DNA of 64,000 bases, taken from an uncultured Acidobacteriota bacterium (GTDB taxonomy: Bacteria; Acidobacteriota; UBA6911). Location of the stretch: NCBI GenBank assembly GCA_963827655.1, contig CAWHCF010000025.1, positions 64,001 through 128,000 on the forward strand, given 5' to 3'. Within the stretch, counting starts at the first letter, position 1, and the number at the start of each line of letters is the position of its first letter. The position numbers and the translations under genes were made by a program. Below the pieces are notes generated by a model that saw only the letters and a program-made list of their open reading frames with translations, was not told the DNA's origin and did not search any database. Below, piece after piece: positions 41,969 to 50,452 of the stretch.

Positions 41969-43159
41969 TCACCCAGAAAGCTGTTTCCCCCGGCAAATCG
42001 CCCCGCGGCAGACGACTCGCTGGCGCGCAGTCACTTTGTTTCGCTGCGAGTCGACGAGCGGAAACTCCCCTTCTTCGATGGCAAGCAGCGCGATATCGGC
42101 GGGCGCGCCAATCTGCAGCGTACCCAGCATCGGCACGCGATTGACAACCTTGGCCGGAGCCGCCGTCACCCGCAGCAGGACATCGTCGAAGCTCATCCCC
42201 AGATACATCAACTTCGACATGGTGGTGGGCATGTCGAAGACCGGTCCGTTGATATTCAGGTTATAGATATCGGTTGAGATGGTATCCGCGACAAACCCGG
42301 CGGCCAGGGCCTTGCGGGCCGCTTCGAAATTGAAGCTGCCCAGTCCGTGCCCGATATCGAACAGGATGCCGCGAGTCCGCGCCTCCAACACGCTCGCCTT
42401 GATCTTCCCATTGGCATCAACGATGCCCAACGTGTGCCCGTTGTAGGAGTGCGTCACGACGTCGCCTGGGCGCATCAATGCCATCACTTCGTCTGTCTCG
42501 GGTGGCGCGAAGCTGATATGAGCCATCAGCGGCAGCTTGTAGTCGTCGCACAGCTGGCGGGCGATCTTCAGGAATTCCAGGCTGTATTTTCCATTCATGT
42601 TGGAGCCAACCTGGAATTTCACTCCCAGGATGATGTCGCGGTTTTTCACCGCCGCTTCGCCCGTGGCACGCATCATCCGGCGCGCGTACTGTACCGGGTC
42701 GATGTCAGGATTCCGGCTGCTGGGATAGAGATAGACATATCCGAAAATCCGCGACCTGGATGGCGTGACGACGAATCGGCGGAAGCCCTCGACCTGATCA
42801 TGGCCGAAACTTCCCGCATCAACCCACGTGGTCACGCCCGAGCGCGCGGCAATCGGGTCGGGCTCCACGCCAAGCCCGGTTGCGCCGAAGTAGCAGTGGG
42901 TGTGCAGGTCGACCAGGCCGGGCGCAACATACATGCCCTTTGCCTCGACTACCTGGAGGCCCTTGGAGGCCGGGATCTGCGCCTCTATGGCGGCGATCTT
43001 GCCGTCCGAAATGCCCACATCGGCGCGGCGGCTCAGCCGCTGGCTCGGATCGCGCACTTCCCCGCCGCGGATCAGAATCTCATAACGGTCTTGCTGCAGC
43101 AGCGCCGCGCTTCCCGCAAGCGCGCCCAGAAACGTCCTGCGGCTCATCTCTTCAGGCAT
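41969..43159 (-). CDS. Amidohydrolase superfamily (dihydroorotase-like/deacetylase) metallohydrolase
   Basis: PGLVDLHTH, GVTTWVDAGS, GVK, MAHI, VTHSY, DIGHG, ISTD, GAPADI; SRRTFL Tat-like N-terminus. Confidence 0.85.
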   Translation of the reverse strand: MPEEMSRRTFLGALAGSAALLQQDRYEILIRGGEVRDPSQRLSRRADVGISDGKIAAIEAQIPASKGLQVVEAKGMYVAPGLVDLHTHCYFGATGLGVEPDPIAARSGVTTWVDAGSFGHDQVEGFRRFVVTPSRSRIFGYVYLYPSSRNPDIDPVQYARRMMRATGEAAVKNRDIILGVKFQVGSNMNGKYSLEFLKIARQLCDDYKLPLMAHISFAPPETDEVMALMRPGDVVTHSYNGHTLGIVDANGKIKASVLEARTRGILFDIGHGLGSFNFEAARKALAAGFVADTISTDIYNLNINGPVFDMPTTMSKLMYLGMSFDDVLLRVTAAPAKVVNRVPMLGTLQIGAPADIALLAIEEGEFPLVDSQRNKVTARQRVVCRGAICRGKQLSG

Positions 43160-43563
43160 TGTTCCATCCTTTCGCCAAAAAAAGCCTGGATCGGGGGCCA
43201 GCCGCCTTGGGCTGTCCAGCTTGCTTACACAAGCCGCCGCACCCTGAATATGTCACCGTAAATGCGAAATACACTACTAAGATCTCAGCCGAAAAGACGT
43301 GCCGTCCGCCGACGCTCGACGAGCTCAACCTCCTGTGCAGGAATCAGGATCGATACAGTCAATTCCAAGTCGTTCAGGTTATTTGACTGCTCCAGTCACT
43401 AACTACACGTCAGAGACGCTCGGTGACCAGAACCCGACCCTTGGCACCGACGGCGGTCTGACCGTCCTGGCCTTTGATACGCCCTCCCAATTCAACGATG
43501 TCTCCACCGAGACGCGCATTCGCTGTGACCTTGATCACCAGCCTCTCGGGCGAGCCCGTGGAC

Positions 43564-43592
43564 TTGACAGAGTATACGAATACTTGCATATT
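43564..43592 (+). promoter_or_regulatory. higBA promoter/operator
   Basis: TTGACA-17 bp-CATATT, 5 nt before ATG; spacer palindrome AGTAT-N4-ATACT. Confidence 0.6.
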
Positions 43593-43597
43593 GTCGC

Positions 43598-43954
43598 ATG
43601 TCCGGCAAGCCTCTCCACTGGCTCGGCTCTTCGAGGACTGACATCCGTGCCTTCCCGCGGGATGCCCGGCGCATCGCGGGCGTGGAACTGAGGCGTGTTC
43701 AGCAAGGGCTGGATCCACTGGACTGGAAACCCATGACCAGCGTTGGGCCGGGCGTCCGAGAGATTCGGGTTCATACGGGATTGGAACATCGGGTTGTGTA
43801 TGTCGCCAAGTTCGCCGAGGCCATCTACGTGCTGCACGCGTTCGAGAAACGCGCGAGGAAGACGCCCGCGCGGGATGTGGACCTCGCGCGGCAACGATTC
43901 CGGGCTTTCTTGCGGCAGCGGCGTCTCGGCGATCCCTCGGGAGGATTGGGTTGA
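43598..43954 (+). CDS. higB: RelE/HigB (Gp49-like) toxin
   Basis: KPLHWLGSS, DWKPMTSVGPGVREIRV, RVVYVAKFAEAIYVLHAFEK. Confidence 0.9.
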   Translation: MSGKPLHWLGSSRTDIRAFPRDARRIAGVELRRVQQGLDPLDWKPMTSVGPGVREIRVHTGLEHRVVYVAKFAEAIYVLHAFEKRARKTPARDVDLARQRFRAFLRQRRLGDPSGGLG

Positions 43955-43956
43955 CG

Positions 43957-44266
43957 ATGAAACTCAAGGTAACACCATCGAGCTGGTAACGTGTTCCGTG
44001 ACTTGGGATTTCGTCGCGAGGAAGCCGAGCATCTTCTGGTACGCGCGGATCTGATGATCCAGGTCCAGAGGCTGATCGCGTCTCGCCGACTGAAACAGAG
44101 AGAGGCCGCTGAGATCCTGCGCGTGTCCCAGCCACGCGTGAGCGATCTTCTCCGCGGGCGGATTGATCTCTTCAGTACCGACGCACTCATTGACATGCTG
44201 GCGCGCCTGGGAGCCCGCGTTCGCTTGACCGTCAAGGCCGGTCGTCGCAGCCTCAAGGTCGCATAA
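43957..44266 (+). CDS. higA: XRE-HTH HigA antitoxin, frameshift near 43985
   Basis: MKLKVTPSS then GNVFRDLGF; LKQREAAEILRVSQPRVSDLLRG. Confidence 0.85.
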
Positions 44267-44460
44267 CCGACCGCGCTTGCGGCAGCCGTGCAGAGCCGGT
44301 TGACGCGAATGAGCCATCGGCCAGCTCTCACACCTCTCTCGACGCCGGGCTAACCGACCGGAATGAGCATCGGCCGTCAACTCCCGAAGAGTCGCTATCA
44401 GCCTGGAGCCCGGCCACGGAAGCGCCCGGCCGGCGGTTCCAGCGACCTTTGAGACCGCCA

Positions 44461-44961
44461 TTACTTTTTATCCCCGGAGTCTTCCAGGATCTTGCCGTCT
44501 GGCGCCACCGTGACTTCGACTTCCTTTTTGCCGGCGGTTTCAAGAACGATTTCGTATCCTTCCAGTTCTTCCTTCCCGTTCTTCACAGCGGTGATCTGCA
44601 TGATCTCCTTGGGATTGGACCTGGCGTACTTCTTTTCCACGGCCTTCTTGACGGCATCGGGCATGTCCTTGAGCGCAACCTCTTTCTCCCAGTTATGGAT
44701 CGTGCCGTCCTCCTTTATGTCCGCCTCGAACTTCCGCCCCTCCTGCTTGAACTCGAGGTCGTAGACAACCACGTCGCCTTCTTTCTCCTTGGTCCACTTG
44801 TGGATCTCAGCCTTGGGGAACTTGGCCATCAGGGTGTCCATCACCTTCTTGGGAATCTTGTCTTTCTCCTGGCCGGAGGGGGCCGGCTGCGCCAGAAGTA
44901 ACCCGGCAAAGACAGCCATGAACAACCCTCCGACCGAACACTTGAAACGATACATGCTCAT
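44461..44961 (-). CDS. Secreted PepSY-like / beta-lactamase-inhibitor-like repeat protein
   Basis: Signal peptide; two repeats P..V...(F/Y)...YE(I/L)...E....DG; AGGAGG RBS. Confidence 0.8.
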   Translation of the reverse strand: MSMYRFKCSVGGLFMAVFAGLLLAQPAPSGQEKDKIPKKVMDTLMAKFPKAEIHKWTKEKEGDVVVYDLEFKQEGRKFEADIKEDGTIHNWEKEVALKDMPDAVKKAVEKKYARSNPKEIMQITAVKNGKEELEGYEIVLETAGKKEVEVTVAPDGKILEDSGDKK

Positions 44962-45138
44962 AGACCCTCCTTTGGCCGCGCGTTCGTTATGACCGCGACG
45001 ACCGAAGTCGGAATCGCTCCAACGTTCACGCTGGTGCCAGCGGGTAGTTCGACCCCCACGAGACGGTTGCGCGGCTCACCCCAGCTAGCCGTCCGCTCTG
45101 GCGCTGCCGGGCGGCCTCGATCAGCCCTCGGCCAAGTA

Positions 45139-45927
45139 TCACACCTCTTCAAGCGTGAGTGGACGAGGCTGCTTTCCATCAATGTCCGCGAACCCGTACT
45201 CTTGAGCTATGGCTGCCGCCACGAGCACCTGCCCCGATTTCTGCATGACGTTCGGGTCAGCGGCCAATGCCGCGACCGCGCGACCGATGAACTGAGGCGA
45301 CTCGGAATTGCTCAGGTCAAGGAAGGCGGCGGCCTCCATTACGCTCTCCGTTCTCACAAGGCCCGGATACATCGAGACAACGGCTACGTTGTGGCGACGA
45401 AGTTCGTGCGCCATGTCGAAGGTTAACTTATCGGTGGCGGCCTTCGATACTCCATAAGCGACATTGCCGATGTGCTTCTGCGCGGCCCAGAATGAAATGT
45501 TGACGATCAAGCCGCTGCCCTGCTTGACCATTGTGCGGGCGGCGTGGATGCCGGCGACGTAGTGCGCGCGGACGCCGGCCTGGAACATCGCGTCCCAGCG
45601 CCAGAGCGGTTGCTCCCAAAAGGGACGCGGCCAGGTAAACTCGCCGCTTTCGACCATGCCCGCATAGCCGCCCCACACATTGTTCACCAGAATATCCAGA
45701 CGCTCGTGTTCGTCAAGGATGCGCTGAAATGCTGCTTCAACCTCACGGTCGTTGGTGTGGTCGCAACGGACCGCGACGATCTTATCCGTTGCAAAAGCTT
45801 CTTTCGAGACGCTGCGGCCGGTCGCGTATACGATAGCGCCGGCCTCGGCAAGCTCGAGTGCTACGCCCCTGCCTACCCCTCGACTGGCGCCGGTCACAAC
45901 AGCAACTTTTCCGTTTAGATCGGGCAT
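45139..45927 (-). CDS. SDR family oxidoreductase (DHRS1-like)
   Basis: TGASRGVG, DILVNN, YGVSK. Confidence 0.9.
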   Translation of the reverse strand: MPDLNGKVAVVTGASRGVGRGVALELAEAGAIVYATGRSVSKEAFATDKIVAVRCDHTNDREVEAAFQRILDEHERLDILVNNVWGGYAGMVESGEFTWPRPFWEQPLWRWDAMFQAGVRAHYVAGIHAARTMVKQGSGLIVNISFWAAQKHIGNVAYGVSKAATDKLTFDMAHELRRHNVAVVSMYPGLVRTESVMEAAAFLDLSNSESPQFIGRAVAALAADPNVMQKSGQVLVAAAIAQEYGFADIDGKQPRPLTLEEV

Positions 45928-45956
45928 AAGTGGCACGAGGTTTGACCCCAAGGGGC

Positions 45957-46040
45957 TTCTTGGTGTTTTATTCGTGTCGTCGAGTCTTCATGGTACTTGA
46001 TTAGACAGTTCTAACCGCAAAGGCACGAAGACGCCAAGAT
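45957..46040. repeat. 9-mer-periodic repeat, degenerate inverted pair
   Basis: ttcttggtgttttattcgtgtcgtcgagtcttcatggt-acttgattagacagttcta-accgcaaaggcacgaagacgccaaga. Confidence 0.7.
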
Positions 46041-46200
46041 GCCGCTTGCCAAATTAGAACGATTGTACCACGGCCTATTCTTGCCGCCTGGTTTGACGTT
46101 CAAAATGTCGGAATGGTAGATTGCGATTCCCTCTCAGTTTGTGGCAGAACTGAGAACGCATTCATAGGTCGCTAATTCCCGCGTTAGCCCGAGGTGAGAG

Positions 46201-49009
46201 ATGGCCACACTGCATCCACGCGTTCAAGCCACCCACGAACATGAAGCACAGGCGAACGTTCAAAGACGACAGAAGTCTGAAGACCCCAATACATGGACAC
46301 ACGAGTCCCAGCCACTGGACGAGTTCACCGGTCCATTCGAAGGCACCGTAAAACAGGCCACCGTCACAGAGCGCACCGGGCTATTCCACCGGATGAACGA
46401 ACGCCACAAAATCCGATCGCTGCGTAAACTCCAGCGGCATTACGGGAACAGGTTTGTTCAGCGGCTCATCGCGCAACATACCGTCCAAACCAGGCTGACG
46501 GTGGGACACTCGGGGGACGTCTATGAGCAAGAGGCAGACCGGGTCGCGGATGCCGTTATGCAGATGTCACAACCTCGATCTGCAGCGCAAGCGATTGTTT
46601 CCAGGCCGGCTGCAGGCGCTTCGTATCCAGCGGATATGCGGCGGTTGTGAGAAAGAGCTACGCCAACAGCCGATAACGGAAGAGAAGGAGGAAGAACTTC
46701 ACAGGCAGCCTCTAGAAGAGGAGGTGGAAGAAGAACCCATACAAGCTAAGGCCATCTCGAACAGGATGGATATGGCCCTTCAAAGACAGATCAGCAATGA
46801 AGATGAACGCGAGAGGCAGGGCCAACCTGGGGCAATGCGCAATCACCTGGCGTGTTCAAAGGCAGGCAGATGACGAGAATGAGGAGAGCGAATCTGTCCA
46901 GGCGCAATCTATCGCACCAGCCGAGGAACGACACCAGGTTGGCGTGGATGTTGAAACCCACGTTTCCCATTCTAAAGGTGGAGGGCACCCCCTGCCGCGC
47001 GAAGTGAGGGCTTTTATGGAGCCCAGGTTTGGGCTTAGTTTTGATGGGGTTCGCATTCACAATGACACGGCGGCGGCTGAGTCTGCTAAACACATCGGGG
47101 CTGCCGCTTATACCTCGGAGAATGATATCTATTTCGGCTCCGGACAGTATCAGCCGCACACGCCGCAAGGAAAAGAACTCATCGCTCATGAACTGGTTCA
47201 TGTTGTCCAGCAAGATAAAGGTGGGATGAAAAGGTCTCTCGACCCGGGTAAGTCCGATGGGCAAACGGTCGCCGACGGTGTAAATCGTAATACCGACGAT
47301 GATCGCCACCGGGGGATGTCTTCTTCAATTCGCCCTTATTCTCGCTCGCCGGTTCAGTTAGTTCCCAATGTAACGGCTGTTGCGGCCCCGGCGGAACTGG
47401 CTGCTGGACGTGGGCGTACCGCCCGCGCCCGGGCAACGGCAGGTGGCGGCATCACCGTCGCCTGGAGTATTGAGGGAAATGCCCGTGGAGCGACCATCGT
47501 AGGCAGCGGGCGCAGCGCCACTATCACAGCGCCGGCCGGCAGCACCGGTGGTCCGATTACAGTTCGCGCTGCCGATGCGGCCAATCCTTTAGTAGATTTT
47601 GCAGATGCCAATATCGTGCTGGTCGAGATACAACAGCCCATTTTTGCTTTCGCGCCACCGATGCCTGGGGGTGCCCCTGCGAATACGATGGACTCATCGG
47701 TTTGCAATAACACGGCGACGGCGAACGCGGTGACCGTTCCCGCAGGACGGGCGGTTCGGTGGAGCCTTCGTGGCAACGCGCGCGGAGCAACCATCGACGC
47801 GGCGACCGGTGTGGTTAACCCCTCAGCGACGCAGACTGGCGCTGTTACGGTGCGTGCTACGGACAATACATTGCGCGATGCCCTGGCCGAACAGGCGTTA
47901 ACAATTCGCGCGCATCCAACCAGGATCATACGCACGTTCAATACGGGCGCTATTCCCCTTGCTGCCGGAGGTCCTTATGGCGCTGTTTATGATCACCTGC
48001 TTCGCGAGTTCCGGGGGTTCTCTTCTCAACGTTGATGTTAGCGAAACAGGTATTCAATGAGCAGCGATCCATTTAATTTCTGCCCAGGAGTTGCTGCCGG
48101 TTGCTTCCCGGCCCTCCTAATATATGGCCATTGAATGCGGCTGGAAGGATGATTGGAGATTTCATGTTCAGCTCGGGCCGGCAATCCGGGAATCGATGTC
48201 AATCGTTTTCTGCCTAGCCCGCCTAATCCTGGACTACCACAGATCCTGGCATACGCCGCAGATTCTTTACTGGCAGCAGCATACAGTGTGGTGGCCAGTG
48301 GGTGCCATTTGCTAATATTCCCATCACAGCTACCTTGCTTCAGCGGGGAGCAAACTTCCGCTTTGTCACAATCAACAATGGTATACGCCATGATGAGGCC
48401 TTACATCGGGCCCAGCTTTAGCCGCTGCTCCAGTAGTTGCCTCGGTATGTCCTCGCGGGAATTCGTGTCTCCAAAGTTCGTCTCGTCCCCTCGGTCCTGG
48501 CAGCCGATGGTAATGCCGCCACGACCGCTGCTGCGACGGCGCAGGTTAGACCTGCAGCCACCGCGTTGCAATGGTCATTCACAGGGATTGAATTTTGGGG
48601 CTGTTGTTGTCACTCCGACTCCCGGCGCAGGGAATCCAGGCCAAATTCAGACCGGAAATGTTGCGGGTAAAATCACAGTGAGAGCCGCCGTTGTGGGGAC
48701 GCCAGGCTGTTTTGCCGAAGGCCGGTTAACGTTACAGCGAAGTTCATATCGGTCCCATCTCGTTGAAGCCCCGCTATCATACCTGCCGGTGCTCGGGAAT
48801 AGCGTCTCGAGCGACAGTAGGGACCCAACCGGGTCGAAGGGAAGTCGATTGGACCATTCAGGGACCGGCTCTTGGTTGTGTAATCACCCGGAATCCTGAT
48901 AATTCGGCGAACATTGTGCGTGGAGCGCAGCGAGGCCGGGTTACAGTCAGGGCCACGGATCACCGGGATATTACCCGAGTTCAGTGAAGCCTCCCTGGTA
49001 TTGAGTTAG
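46201..49009 (+). CDS. DUF4157 (eCIS core) domain protein with Ig-like repeats; multiply frameshifted
   Basis: LQRHYGNRFVQR, D.YEQEADRVAD.VM, QR.C..CE, PLP...R.FME.RFG..F..VRIH, LIAHELVHVVQQ (47187-47201); repeated WS..GNARGATI / ITVRA units continue across frames to a stop near 49009. Confidence 0.75.
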
Positions 49010-49031
49010 GGTTCTGCATCGCGCGGTACGT

Positions 49032-49589
49032 ATGACGGTCGGACTCAGCATTAAGTCAAAGAAGAAACGGTATGCGATTGGCGAACCGATTCTTCTCGAC
49101 GTCACGATCAAGAATCTGAGTTCCAAGGAAATATTGCTAAGAAAATTTCTTCTGCTACCCGCGGATGATGCAAGAAATACCATCAGGTTTGATGTAACTG
49201 ATGATAAAGGACGATACCTATAAGAAGAATAAGCCATACCATGACAGGACGCGCAGCTTGGCCAGCCCTGGTGGATGATCCATAAGCTTGGAGGAAAGCA
49301 GACCTATAATCAGACATTTCAACTCGCAGGAATGTATAAGAGACAATCAAATCGAAAGACTGCTATTGAACCACTGTGGTCACTGGGAGAGGATCCGGAA
49401 GTTATCCGGGCCAATGAATATACTGTTCAACAGCCGGGAAAATACCGGATCGTCGCTATCTATCAGAATCGGGAGGATGGCAGCAGCTGGCCCGAGCAAT
49501 TCTGGGATCGAAAACAAGCTGTATGGACAGGAGAGGTTATTTCTAACCCGATTGACATCGAAGTATCTCAACGAGTCGCGAAGCGCTGA
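49032..49589 (+). CDS. Low-GC Ig-fold-like partner protein (inhibitor/immunity-like), frameshifted near 49220-49275
   Basis: K.RYAIGEPILLDVTIKNLS ... PGKYRIVAIYQN ... WTGEVISNPIDIEV; 22 bp after the DUF4157 gene; visibly AT-rich. Confidence 0.6.
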
Positions 49590-49752
49590 TCACTCGCCTT
49601 GCGTCCTTGTCAGCATCAAGAACCTTCTTGCTTTCCTCAGCCATTCTGCACAAGGGACGAGACCGTCGATTCCCTCCCTGTTGACAGCCGGTGGTGGTCG
49701 TGGCGGTTCCTGTGATATCCATAAGGGGCTGCACACTTCAAGGAGCAACCCA

Positions 49753-50301
49753 ATGAAAAGTCTGCTAACGATACTGATTCTTGCTGCAATGACCGGAACG
49801 CTGCCGGCTCAAAGAAGTCGAGTCGAAGTGACCAAGCCCACAACCCCGGAGGATGATTCCAAGGGGAATAGCGCCGAAGTTCCCGACGCCTATGCGATGT
49901 CGGGCCAGTTCGAACGCGTCGTCGTTCTCCGGTTCAAGTACCAGGCCGACTTGCTGGCGGGCATCGAGAATATGGTCAAAGAGCAAAAGATACGCAATGC
50001 CGTATTCCTTTCCGGCATCGGATCGGTACGGAATTACCACATCCACACGGTCAGCAATCGGACCTTCCCATCCAAGAACGTCTTCGTGAAGGACCCCACA
50101 GCGCCTGCAGATATCGTGAGTGTCAACGGATATGTAATCGACGGACGCGTGCACGCACACATGACCTTGACGGACGAGAACAAGGCCTTCGGCGGGCATA
50201 TCGAGCCCGGCAATAATGTCTTCACCTTCGCGATCATCACGCTCGGGGTTTTTGGCGACGCGGTGAGTCTGAGCCGCGTGGATGACAAAACCCATCGCTG
50301 A
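49753..50301 (+). CDS. PPC/DUF296 domain protein with signal peptide
   Basis: VVLRF..QADLL, SGIGSV, VSVNG, VHAHMTL, FGGHI; AGGAG RBS before ATG 49753. Confidence 0.8.
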   Translation: MKSLLTILILAAMTGTLPAQRSRVEVTKPTTPEDDSKGNSAEVPDAYAMSGQFERVVVLRFKYQADLLAGIENMVKEQKIRNAVFLSGIGSVRNYHIHTVSNRTFPSKNVFVKDPTAPADIVSVNGYVIDGRVHAHMTLTDENKAFGGHIEPGNNVFTFAIITLGVFGDAVSLSRVDDKTHR

Positions 50302-50311
50302 TCTACGGCAC

Positions 50312-50349
50312 TAACCACGAAGACTCGAAGACACAAGGAAACGCGAAGC
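50312..50349 (+). repeat. 9-mer-periodic repeat, single arm
   Basis: taaccacgaagactcgaagacacaaggaaacgcgaag. Confidence 0.7.
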
Positions 50350-50400
50350 ATTAACGGGAACTCGTTAATCGTTGCCAGGGTTCCGCGGCTTCCATATAAT
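50350..50400 (+). promoter_or_regulatory. Sigma70 promoter with upstream palindrome
   Basis: ATTAACG-N6-CGTTAAT (50350-50369), then TTGCCA-17 bp-TATAAT. Confidence 0.7.
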
Positions 50401-50452
50401 GCTGTCGATCCCTCGCCTGACGATAACCCGCCTGGTCTCCCCGGAGGTCTCT

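Noticed and set aside
45040-45130. Degenerate attC-like sequence between the SDR and PepSY genes (similar hints near 27830 and 44264)
   Set aside because: No complementary RYYYAAC/GTTRRRY boxes and no integron integrase
49288-49752. 337-aa ORF extending the PPC gene upstream
   Set aside because: Overlaps the low-GC partner gene in another frame; RBS and signal peptide support ATG 49753
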